NCBI GenBank assembly: GCA_943787535.1
Contig: CALSMU010000013.1
Coordinates: 16,529-80,528 of the forward strand
Direction: 5' to 3'
Source: an uncultured Flavobacteriales bacterium
Lineage (GTDB): Bacteria > Bacteroidota > Bacteroidia > Flavobacteriales_D > Parvicellaceae
Length of the DNA: 64,000 nt
Part shown: one piece after another, positions 9,349 to 17,918 of the stretch
How positions within the stretch are numbered: position 1 is the stretch's first letter
Layout of the letters: every line of letters begins with the position of its first letter
Notes under the pieces: model-generated
Databases searched by the model: none
Told to the model about the DNA's origin: nothing
What the model saw: only the letters and a program-made list of their open reading frames with translations
Position numbers and translations under genes: made by a program

Positions 9349-10575
9349 AGAATGTTTAAAGAGTTAAAAATACTAAAGCTAAGTCTATTTGCTGTTTTTT
9401 TGGCAATAATAATATGGCAGGTAAGAGAAAGTAATAAAATTTCAGTTTTTTTCACAACGAATTTATCGCATTCTGCTGGTTCTGAAATTGAAGTTTTTCA
9501 AGCTGGTAATTTTCATTCAGCAGATGGAGTTTTTCTTTTGTCAAACCTCGAAGGTGAGATGTTTTATAAAGACGTTTTTGACTATATTGATAACTGTGAA
9601 AAAAACACAGCTGGAAATGAATTTTCAATAGCTAATAAAAATCCGGTTGAACTTCCTGGGAGCATTATGTCGGGTGTTTATTTAATGAATAATTTGTATT
9701 CTTTAATACTACGAGGTGAAAAAGAATCAGATATTACAATAGTTTATCCTTATGCAAATAATCTTATTTATCAAGATGCGGGTAACGGCACTATTTTGTC
9801 GAATAAAATAATGGATTTTAATTTAGCTTCTCCCGTATTGGTTGATGAGTATACAAGGGGTTTAATGAATCTTTTTACGTTTTGTTCAAATAACTATTCT
9901 GTTAATTATATCACTGACGTTGAATTAGAAAATAAAGACATGTACGCATCTTCTAAGCTACTAGTAATTTATGGACAGACTTCCTTTTATTCTTTGTTGA
10001 TGAAAAATAAGGTTATTGAATTTTTAAAGGAAGGAGGAAATATATTGTTGATGAGTTCATCTTTTTCTACAAATGCAATGTGGTTAGATAATAATAGGGT
10101 TAGATTTTCTATAGGTGACTCTTCGAACAACTTTAAATTGAATTCATGGTTAGGTTTAAATGATGACATACGGAATAAGATAGGCCTGAGTTATCAGTTT
10201 GGAGGAAAAGCAAAAACTGTAATTGGTCAATCCTACAAGATATTGAATAAGAAGCATAAAATATTTGAAGGAGTTGAAGGATACGAAGTACCATTGTCTG
10301 CTAATCGCTATATAGGAGCTTATTCCGAGTGGTCTGAAGAAGCCTCAACGTATATACCTAAAAATCATTTTTATAAATCAGAGATATTAGCTTTTAATGA
10401 ATGTAAGAATGGTAATCTAGTTGATAACATAGGGGGAGTTTATGCTATTCAGCCTGATTCGACTTCAGGAATCATCTTGTCCTTAGGAACAGAGGACTGG
10501 TGTTTAGAGAAGAATCAAAGCAATGAGGTGATTTTTACTATTTCTAAAAATGCAATAGATTTTTTAGTTAAGTAA
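9343..10575 (+). CDS. membrane-anchored hypothetical protein; from memory it resembles the N,N-dimethylformamidase-beta-like / DUF6605 (GATase-like) family
   Basis: The ORF has an N-terminal TM helix (LSLFAVFLAIIIWQV). The blocks PGSIMSGVYLM...ITIVYPYANNLIYQDAG and LLVIYGQTSFYS...FLKEGGNILLMSS recall that family. The true start may be the second Met at 9352. The family call is unverified. Confidence 0.55.
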   Translation: MHRMFKELKILKLSLFAVFLAIIIWQVRESNKISVFFTTNLSHSAGSEIEVFQAGNFHSADGVFLLSNLEGEMFYKDVFDYIDNCEKNTAGNEFSIANKNPVELPGSIMSGVYLMNNLYSLILRGEKESDITIVYPYANNLIYQDAGNGTILSNKIMDFNLASPVLVDEYTRGLMNLFTFCSNNYSVNYITDVELENKDMYASSKLLVIYGQTSFYSLLMKNKVIEFLKEGGNILLMSSSFSTNAMWLDNNRVRFSIGDSSNNFKLNSWLGLNDDIRNKIGLSYQFGGKAKTVIGQSYKILNKKHKIFEGVEGYEVPLSANRYIGAYSEWSEEASTYIPKNHFYKSEILAFNECKNGNLVDNIGGVYAIQPDSTSGIILSLGTEDWCLEKNQSNEVIFTISKNAIDFLVK

Positions 10576-11592
10576 CTATCTCGTGAGTTTTTGACTGGAT
10601 TTACGAGGGCCTTTGGCTAAGGCAATAAAATCAAATATTCCCACTAGATATCCAAGCCCGTAGCTAAAGTGTAATAAAAAAAAGGTGTAAGCTATTCCTG
10701 TAATTTTTTCAAAGGAATTTGATTTTTGAGATGCAAATACAATTCCTAGAACGATATAAGCGAGAATTCCTAAAGAGAATAATGTTCCCAAAATCCAGTG
10801 GAAAAACGAAAGAGTAAACCCTAAAAATAGAAACAGAATAAAAAACAGAGGAACCAATTGTCGAATAGAAGTTACCGCCTTATGCTTCTTATTAACGTAA
10901 ACTTTCCAATACCCATATTGATAATATTGTTTATATAGTTTACTAAAAGATGCTCTTACGTAATATTTAGATTTAATATTAGAATTCAAATAAATTTTAA
11001 ATCCATTTTGTAATAGTCTAAAATTAAATTCATCATCTTGATTTCGGATAAGGTCTTCATCAAAATATCCTATTTTTTCAAATACTTCTTTTCTGTAAGC
11101 TCCAAATGCCACTGTGTCCACAAACCCATTTTTACTACCTGTTCTAAAATGAGCGTTTCCTACTCCAAATCCTGAAGACATTGCTAGTCCAATAGTCTCA
11201 GCTGATTCGTTTTCGTAAACGTTTTCGATTATTCCACCTGAACAGCCTACTTCAGGGTAATCATTTAAAACAGAAACATTATTCTTGATGAAATCTTTAT
11301 CTATTTCAGCATGTGCTCCAAGTATTATTTTAATAGCACAATTGGATGCTTTCAGACCTAGATTTAAAGCAAATGGAGTTGTTTGCTTTTCGTTATCAAT
11401 TAATTGTATGTTGTTGTGTTTATTTGATAGTGAAGAGACTATTTCTCTTGTATTATCCGTACTCAATCCATCGCAAACAAATATTTTTATTTTTTCCTGA
11501 GGGTAATCTGAGGAAAGAATCGAAAGGATACATTTTTCAATATATTTCTCTTCGTTTCGAGCAGGAATTGTTATAGAGATACTTGGTAACAT
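10576..11592 (-). CDS. family 2 glycosyltransferase with C-terminal TM helices
   Basis: ISITIPARNEEKYIEKC..S......P....I.V.DG.S.DNT is followed by a DDEF-type DxD region (NQDDEFNFRL) and 3-4 C-terminal TM helices. Confidence 0.85.
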   Translation of the reverse strand: MLPSISITIPARNEEKYIEKCILSILSSDYPQEKIKIFVCDGLSTDNTREIVSSLSNKHNNIQLIDNEKQTTPFALNLGLKASNCAIKIILGAHAEIDKDFIKNNVSVLNDYPEVGCSGGIIENVYENESAETIGLAMSSGFGVGNAHFRTGSKNGFVDTVAFGAYRKEVFEKIGYFDEDLIRNQDDEFNFRLLQNGFKIYLNSNIKSKYYVRASFSKLYKQYYQYGYWKVYVNKKHKAVTSIRQLVPLFFILFLFLGFTLSFFHWILGTLFSLGILAYIVLGIVFASQKSNSFEKITGIAYTFFLLHFSYGLGYLVGIFDFIALAKGPRKSSQKLTR

Positions 11593-11593
11593 G

Positions 11594-12703
11594 TTATTTT
11601 GATAACTCCTGATAAAGGCCTATTAATTTCTTTTTTTCAATGTCCCAATTGTATTTTTCAATTACCATTTTTCGTCCATTTTCTCCCATTTTTTTGGCTT
11701 CCTTTGGGTTGTTTAGAATATAATTAATAGCCTCGCCTATTTCAATTGGACTCATTGGGTCTACGCAAAGGCCTGCATTATTTTCTAAAATTATATCCTT
11801 CCACAGAGGGAAATTCGATGCTATTAAAGGAAGCCCTGCTGCCATATATTCAAACATTTTAACAGGAAGAGAAACATAATAGTTAGAAATAGGATGTAGC
11901 GTAACAATGCCTAACTTCGATTTTTTATATACGTTTACTACTTCTTCTCTTGTCAAAAAACCAAGCTCTTCGACTTTGTTCCATGCATTTTTATTGATTA
12001 TGGAATCTCTAAGTCCATTTTCCAGAAAATCCCCTGCTAAAAGCAATGAGCATTCAGACCCTTCTAAAGCCTCTAGTAGTTCGTTTATTCCTCGGACGGT
12101 TGTAATGCCACCCACATAACAAATTTTGTTGCCCTTCTTGTGGTCATACTCAAAATCGAATAACAATTCTTTTATTATGGGAAAATTGTTTATGTCGATA
12201 GAGTTTGGATTTACTTTTAAAAACCGATTTCTTATGTAAGGTGTAGCTGTCACAATCACATCTAGTTTTTTTGCGACTTTATTTTCATATTTTTCAATTC
12301 TTGAACTAATTAACTTTCTTACTATTGGTTTTAAGTATTCTTTAGAAAGAATTTGACGCGGAAGATCCTCGTGCGCATCATAAATAACTTTTTTACCCTT
12401 TTTTTTAAGTTTTACAGCTATTCTTAATAATTCCGGATCGTGTAAATGATATATGTCAGCATCTAATTCCAGCGCTTTTTTGTATGCCAGGTTTACTGAT
12501 TTAGTAAATCTACTAAGACGCGAAGTAGGCTCGTAAATAAATGAAACTATGTTGACACCATTTTCAATTCGAGATGCTGTATTCGGTATTACTAGTGAAA
12601 CATCATATCCCTCTTCAGCTAGAGATACACATTCCTTATGGAAAATACGAACATCGCCATCGGGATGTGCACTTGTAATATGACAAACTTTATTTTTTTT
12701 CAC
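11594..12703 (-). CDS. GT-B fold glycosyltransferase (GT4-like)
   Basis: N-terminus CHITSAH..GDVRIF.KE and the C-terminal EX7E-type block (VKMFEYMAAGLPLIASN). There is a 1-nt gap to the downstream GT2 gene. Confidence 0.85.
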   Translation of the reverse strand: MKKNKVCHITSAHPDGDVRIFHKECVSLAEEGYDVSLVIPNTASRIENGVNIVSFIYEPTSRLSRFTKSVNLAYKKALELDADIYHLHDPELLRIAVKLKKKGKKVIYDAHEDLPRQILSKEYLKPIVRKLISSRIEKYENKVAKKLDVIVTATPYIRNRFLKVNPNSIDINNFPIIKELLFDFEYDHKKGNKICYVGGITTVRGINELLEALEGSECSLLLAGDFLENGLRDSIINKNAWNKVEELGFLTREEVVNVYKKSKLGIVTLHPISNYYVSLPVKMFEYMAAGLPLIASNFPLWKDIILENNAGLCVDPMSPIEIGEAINYILNNPKEAKKMGENGRKMVIEKYNWDIEKKKLIGLYQELSK

Positions 12704-13910
12704 TTTCTAAGCTAAATTCTCTTGCAAAGATATAATATAGAACGATAACTAATCCCCATCCACCACTGAAAAGGGCAGTAGTTAAAGCCCCTGAGCTAAG
12801 CATAAAGATTGGGAATAGGTTTAGTGAAGTTTTTAATAGCATATTATTTCCGAAAATTGATTCGACAAAAAATAACAGAAACCCAAGAAATAAAGCTGAT
12901 AACACTAATCCTGTGTTTCCGAAATTGGAATATTCATACATAAAACTTGCTGTATTTACACTTCCTTTTAAACCTCTCGCTGCATATTTTGGGCGAATGA
13001 TAGGGTAGAGTACTTTTGAATATTCAACATGCTTTATTCCTTTAATTTTACATATAAATCCATACCCATTTTCATGTAAAAAGGGTTTGTTTTTCGGGAT
13101 TTTCTGGAACCATTGTGAAACCATTTCTCCCGGTACAATAAGTATTCTATGCTTTAATCCAATCAAGACCCTAATAGAATAGGGTAGGTCACTATCAACT
13201 CTATCCTCGAGAGGGATTTCAATTTTTGTTACATTGTCAACACCACCTCTCATTTGCGGGTTTTGTATATATACTAAGCTGATAATAACAATTCCACATA
13301 TTAAGAACAATCCGATGCTTTGTAGGTATTTTTTGTAGAATAGAGTGAGCAATATAATAGGAAACAAAACGGTCAGTATGTAGCTCTTTTGCATTAGCGA
13401 GAAAGCGTAGAAAGCACCTATTGTAATCAAAATGCCAAATAGAAGTTTTTTCTTTTTGAATGCCAGTAGAAGAAGGGAAAAAGGAAGTATGGCCTTGATA
13501 TTAAAACTGGATAAATAATTCCACAAAGAGCTTGCTTCGGATGTTATGTTTCTGCGTAATTCGACAATCCCTTTTGTGTCCATCACTGTTAGCGCTTTTG
13601 CTCCAGGAGAACCTCCAATATGAATTAAATGACCAACTACTAAAAACACACAAATTCCAGTTAGAATCAAATAAGAATAATCTGGAAGCAAATTAGGTGT
13701 TTTCTTAAAGTAAGAAAACGCCTTAAATTTTTTGTTCTTCGCGAAAGTGAATCCAAAATAGAATATCATTAAAGGAATAAAAAATAGAAACATGTTAAAA
13801 ACATATTTACTTCCGGAAGTTTCAATTACGCCATTGAGCAAGATTATGAAAACTACGCTATAAATCGAAAATAGTGTATGGGTTTTAAAAAATGTTTTTA
13901 TTGCTATCAT
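12690..13910 (-). CDS. polytopic membrane protein, putative Wzy-type repeat-unit polymerase (copy 2)
   Basis: About 10 TM helices with one larger loop and no soluble-domain motifs. It is placed between a flippase and the glycosyltransferases, with overlapping ends on both sides. Confidence 0.5.
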   Translation of the reverse strand: MIAIKTFFKTHTLFSIYSVVFIILLNGVIETSGSKYVFNMFLFFIPLMIFYFGFTFAKNKKFKAFSYFKKTPNLLPDYSYLILTGICVFLVVGHLIHIGGSPGAKALTVMDTKGIVELRRNITSEASSLWNYLSSFNIKAILPFSLLLLAFKKKKLLFGILITIGAFYAFSLMQKSYILTVLFPIILLTLFYKKYLQSIGLFLICGIVIISLVYIQNPQMRGGVDNVTKIEIPLEDRVDSDLPYSIRVLIGLKHRILIVPGEMVSQWFQKIPKNKPFLHENGYGFICKIKGIKHVEYSKVLYPIIRPKYAARGLKGSVNTASFMYEYSNFGNTGLVLSALFLGFLLFFVESIFGNNMLLKTSLNLFPIFMLSSGALTTALFSGGWGLVIVLYYIFAREFSLESEKK

Positions 13911-15178
13911 CTCAATATTTTATTGTCATATTTTTTACAAACTCCAACAAGAAGGAAGTAATATATTAAGTAAGAAGCTAAATCAATCAATACATAATTC
14001 CACAGAAACTCCTCAATTGTACAATCTTTAAATAGGTATAAACAGCCAATAGCTATGAAGTAACCTATCTGCCAAATACTACTGATTTTTATTTTTTCAA
14101 GTGCTGTAAATATAGCTGTAAGTGGAGATACTATAAACTTAATGGCATAGGAAAATACAAGTATGGTTGTCAGTTTTCCGGCTGTTTCCCATTGGTCGCC
14201 AAAAACCCATTTGAATAAGTCCACTCCAAATAGTTCAATGATGATTATTCCAATACCGGATAAAGCCAAAAGAATCAAAGATATTCTTAGAACCAATGGA
14301 AGTATTGTTTTTTTTAGATTTCTTGATTCCGCTACTTTTTGGAGCAAGACTTGAGATATGCTAACAGATAAAAAAGCTAATGGTATCGATAGTAATTGTC
14401 GACTGAAGCCAAATTGGCCTGTAAGCTCTAGGGTGAAATATTCTTGAACAATAATAGGAGGTAAAAACAAACTAATAGAATTCATTAAAGATGGCAAAGA
14501 ACTGTATAGTGGAAAGTCTTTATATCTTTTGAGCTGTTCTTTTATCTCTGAAGTAGTTATGTTTTTGAAGCTTAATTTGTGTTTTGCAGATTGGCCAAAA
14601 GCGACAATAAAATTAAAAATCTCTCCAATTATATTTCCTATAATTAATCCTTGGAATTTGAAAAAGTAACCAGTTCCTAGCTGGACACATCCTTCACTAC
14701 CTCTCTTAACAAGTTTATTTAAGGAAGAAGCTCGGAATGCTTTTTTTCGAATTAACCAAAAATTTAATGCCCTACTAGAAGAAATTACAAAAATCGCTAA
14801 AGGAATAATTAATAGCCATATTTTAATGCTTGGCGAGAAATTGAAAAGTGTGATTATTTGTTTGTCGAAAAAGAAGAATATAATTAACCATACTAGACTA
14901 AATGAGAAGCTTATAAAGACACTCGCAAGTAACAGAGCTGATGCTTTTCTGTCCGATTCAGGTAAAACAATCGCCCCTTCATACTTTAGGTTTCCTGCGG
15001 GTGCTAGCATTCCAATTATGCTTAAATAAATAGTAAAGGTCCCAAACTCTTCAGGTGAGTAAATTCTACTTAGCAGCGGCTGAATAGCAATCGCAATGAG
15101 ATTTGCAAGGATAGTTCCGGAAAGGAGGGTGGCAATATTTTTGAGAAAATCAGATTTATAGAAATACCTTTTTATCAT
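13907..15178 (-). CDS. Wzx-type polysaccharide flippase, copy 2
   Basis: Polytopic. N-terminus LKNIATLLSGTILANLI...LLSRIYSPEEFG is typical of PST/MOP flippases. Confidence 0.75.
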   Translation of the reverse strand: MIKRYFYKSDFLKNIATLLSGTILANLIAIAIQPLLSRIYSPEEFGTFTIYLSIIGMLAPAGNLKYEGAIVLPESDRKASALLLASVFISFSFSLVWLIIFFFFDKQIITLFNFSPSIKIWLLIIPLAIFVISSSRALNFWLIRKKAFRASSLNKLVKRGSEGCVQLGTGYFFKFQGLIIGNIIGEIFNFIVAFGQSAKHKLSFKNITTSEIKEQLKRYKDFPLYSSLPSLMNSISLFLPPIIVQEYFTLELTGQFGFSRQLLSIPLAFLSVSISQVLLQKVAESRNLKKTILPLVLRISLILLALSGIGIIIIELFGVDLFKWVFGDQWETAGKLTTILVFSYAIKFIVSPLTAIFTALEKIKISSIWQIGYFIAIGCLYLFKDCTIEEFLWNYVLIDLASYLIYYFLLVGVCKKYDNKILR

Positions 15179-15223
15179 ACTTATTACAAAAGAAAGGAAT
15201 TATTTAACTGACTTCAAGTGTTT

Positions 15224-15280
15224 TAAATTGTTTTGTAAACACTAAATTGTTTTGTATCTACTGAATTGTTTTGAACTTTG
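15224..15280. repeat. three tandem 19-nt units (TAAATTGTTTTGTAAACAC / TAAATTGTTTTGTATCTAC / TGAATTGTTTTGAACTTTG)
   Basis: Read directly in the 106-nt gap between the epimerase gene and Wzx copy 2. The first 14 nt of units 1 and 2 are identical. Confidence 0.85.
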
Positions 15281-15284
15281 AGTA

Positions 15285-16268
15285 CTATTTCTTTAAATTC
15301 TCCCAATACCAATCAATAGCTTCTTCTAAACCTTGATTGATACTATGTGTCGGGTTATACCCCAAGTTTCTTTTGGCTTTATCAATTGAAGCTAATGAAT
15401 ATCTAACATCTCCTAACCTTTCAGGTCCGTGTTCTGGTCTGATTTCAGCAATCTTGGGATCGTGCTGAGAAAGTAATTCTCCGAGTTTGTTGATAAGGTT
15501 TATTAAAACAGTTTCTTCTCCATAAGCAACATTATAAACTTGATTAAACGCATCTTTATTTGTTGTTGTTGCAGCCAATTCATTTGCCTGAATGACATTG
15601 TCGATGTATGTGAAATCTCTTGTCTGCGTTCCGTCACCATGAATAATAGGAGCCTTGTGATTCATCAGGGCTAAAATGAATTTTGGAATCGCGGCGGCAT
15701 AAGCACCATTAGAATCTTGACGTCTTCCAAACACATTGAAGTATCTTAAACCAATTGTTTCCATGCCGTATAATGATCCGAAAACATGCGCATATAATTC
15801 ATTTACATATTTGGTTACTGCATAAGGTGAAAGCGGCATTCCAATATTTTCTTCAATTTTTGGAAGCTCTTTCGAGTCTCCATAGGTTGAAGAACTAGCC
15901 GCATAAACAAATCGTTTTACACCTTCTTCTTTTGCTGCTAATAGCATGTTTAAAAATCCGGAAATATTTATCTCGTTGGTTGTTCCTGGATCTTCAATAG
16001 ACCTCGGGACAGATCCTAATGCAGCTTGATGCAACACCACATCTGCTCCCGATACAGCCCTCTTGCAATCATCAAGGTTTCGAATGTCTCCTTGAATAAA
16101 AGTGAAATTACTGTTTCCTAATAAATGTGCAATATTTTCTTTTTTACCAGTAAGTAAATTGTCTAAACAAACAACTTGATTGTTTTGAGCTAATAATTTT
16201 TCACAAAGGTTAGAGCCTATAAAGCCTGCTCCTCCGGTTATTAAAACTTTTTTATTGGTAAGTATCAT
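15285..16268 (-). CDS. NAD-dependent sugar-nucleotide epimerase/dehydratase (extended SDR; WbpP/TviC-like 4-epimerase group)
   Basis: Rossmann motif VLITGGAGFIGSN, catalytic SPYAVTKYVNE (YxxxK), and a length of about 327 aa. Confidence 0.85.
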   Translation of the reverse strand: MILTNKKVLITGGAGFIGSNLCEKLLAQNNQVVCLDNLLTGKKENIAHLLGNSNFTFIQGDIRNLDDCKRAVSGADVVLHQAALGSVPRSIEDPGTTNEINISGFLNMLLAAKEEGVKRFVYAASSSTYGDSKELPKIEENIGMPLSPYAVTKYVNELYAHVFGSLYGMETIGLRYFNVFGRRQDSNGAYAAAIPKFILALMNHKAPIIHGDGTQTRDFTYIDNVIQANELAATTTNKDAFNQVYNVAYGEETVLINLINKLGELLSQHDPKIAEIRPEHGPERLGDVRYSLASIDKAKRNLGYNPTHSINQGLEEAIDWYWENLKK

Positions 16269-16314
16269 TTTATGTTTTTTTCAAAAGTAATTAATTTATA
16301 AGTCAGGCAATCAA

Positions 16315-17214
16315 TTATATATAATTGTTCATCATGTTTACCTTTTCCCTAGGTACGAAAAAACAATTTCTTATTCCGTCATCCTCTTTCCGAATAATGG
16401 AGTCTAATTTGATCAATTTTTTTCCTTTGTGTCCAAAAAATAAATAGTCATATTTTGAGAATTCATTTTCTAGTTCTTTTTCAATGTCATTAAATAAAAT
16501 TTCACAAACAATAATAGGCTTATGGGTTTTAATCACAGACTCCATTCCTTTTATTATTTGTGGCTCGACACCTTCTGCATCAATTTTCACAAAATCAATT
16601 TGAAGGTTTTCAAGGTTGTTTTCTTTTAAACAATCTTCCAAAGGAGTTGAAGGAACCTTAATCTCTTTATATTCTTTGGGTTTGTTTACGGCACTTGCTG
16701 CACCTCCTAGATTATGTTTTAAAAAAGGGTATTTTTTATTCCTGACTTCATAAAACGAAATTTCTCCTTTTACATCTGAAATTGCCAATTGGAAAAAATC
16801 AATTTTAGATTCAAAACCGTTAACGGCAATATTGTTCCTAAAATAATGGGCGGAAGCATTTGTTGGGTCAAAAGCAACTATACGAATGTCTTTCGATTTT
16901 TTAGCAGCGATCATAGAGTACAGGCCTGCATTCGATCCAATGTCTAAAAAGCTTTTACAGTTACTAATGATGTCTTCAAAAATATCTACGTATTCATATC
17001 CATATATTCCTTTCCAGAATATGTTTTGGCCAACTGGGTCGGTTTGATTCGTGCAAAATTTAATTTTGTCTCCGTCTTTTAATTTTAATGATATAATTCC
17101 AGAAGGAGGTATTTTTATTTTAGGGAAGGCGAAACTAAAAGTTTTATTTAAAGACCTAAGTATTACATTAATGAATGGAGTATAGATTATTTTATAAATA
17201 ATTTTCATATTCAA
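16315..17214 (-). CDS. FkbM-family SAM-dependent methyltransferase
   Basis: SAM-binding block FLDIGSNAGLYS plus ..VAFDP and a C-terminal FVKIDAEG.E block typical of FkbM-type methyltransferases. Confidence 0.7.
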   Translation of the reverse strand: MNMKIIYKIIYTPFINVILRSLNKTFSFAFPKIKIPPSGIISLKLKDGDKIKFCTNQTDPVGQNIFWKGIYGYEYVDIFEDIISNCKSFLDIGSNAGLYSMIAAKKSKDIRIVAFDPTNASAHYFRNNIAVNGFESKIDFFQLAISDVKGEISFYEVRNKKYPFLKHNLGGAASAVNKPKEYKEIKVPSTPLEDCLKENNLENLQIDFVKIDAEGVEPQIIKGMESVIKTHKPIIVCEILFNDIEKELENEFSKYDYLFFGHKGKKLIKLDSIIRKEDDGIRNCFFVPREKVNMMNNYI

Positions 17215-17229
17215 TGACTTCTGGTTTCG

Positions 17230-17856
17230 TTACTCGAGATTTTGATAGAATGTCGAGAAATCTTTCTCGTAAATAATTTTAATCCTATTTTTTTGTTCTC
17301 TTGTTAAGGTGATTTCTTTCTTTTTAGTAGAGTTTAAATGAGGGACTTGTTTTATTTCTAAATTTAATTCTAGCGCTACCTTTTTAAAATCATCATTAAA
17401 AGATTCAAACCTTCCGAGAAAATCCAATTGCTCAACATCAATTAAAGAATATTGTGATCGAATGTGTTCGTCGCATTTCTCAATGTTTTGTTTTTCTACC
17501 CAACCAATAAAGTTGTTTATGTCTTTCATTTTTTCCAATTCGAGGTCTGGGAAATTGAAGTAATTACGTTCTACAACTTTGTCTTTCCAAGAACTTATGA
17601 AGCGATCATATGGGTTGCGAACAAACGCAAATTTGTAATATTTTTTATACAATCTAGGGTTGTAAGCTGTGGCGGAAGGATAAAGAAAGTCACTTCCGTT
17701 TTCTTTTTCAAAAAGCTTAAGAATGGAACGAGTACCTACTTTTGCTACTCGGTACCAAATTACTTTCTTCTTGAAATCATAGGCTATAAAGTACCGCTTA
17801 CTAATAAATAAAGGTAGTACGTATTTATTGAAGTAGAAGTGAATGTACTTTAACAT
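17230..17856 (-). CDS. PAPS-dependent (carbohydrate-type) sulfotransferase family protein
   Basis: 5'-PSB-like block VAKVGTRSIL and 3'-PB-like block FAFVRNPYDRFISSW. About 208 aa and cytoplasmic. Confidence 0.65.
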   Translation of the reverse strand: MLKYIHFYFNKYVLPLFISKRYFIAYDFKKKVIWYRVAKVGTRSILKLFEKENGSDFLYPSATAYNPRLYKKYYKFAFVRNPYDRFISSWKDKVVERNYFNFPDLELEKMKDINNFIGWVEKQNIEKCDEHIRSQYSLIDVEQLDFLGRFESFNDDFKKVALELNLEIKQVPHLNSTKKKEITLTREQKNRIKIIYEKDFSTFYQNLE

Positions 17857-17873
17857 TGTTGCAGGCTATAGAT

Positions 17874-17910
17874 TAAAGAAGGGAAGCATACAGAAAACTT
17901 CCCTTCTTTA
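17874..17910 (-). terminator. 13-bp perfect stem hairpin downstream of rny
   Basis: TAAAGAAGGGAAG (11-nt loop) CTTCCCTTCTTTA. There is no clean U-tract on the minus strand, so it could be a terminator or a processing/stability element. Confidence 0.45.
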
Positions 17911-17918
17911 TAGAATAA

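Noticed and set aside
17464-17811. 115-aa ORF antisense to the sulfotransferase gene. Similar shadow ORFs occur at 25565-25885, 29793-30140, 40013-40360, 44817-45143, 50046-50375 and at the many 60-90 aa entries in the track.
   Set aside because: Each lies entirely inside a longer ORF on the other strand that has clear family motifs. Their translations are low-complexity and hydrophobic or Ser/Leu-rich with no motifs, as expected for antisense frames in AT-rich DNA.
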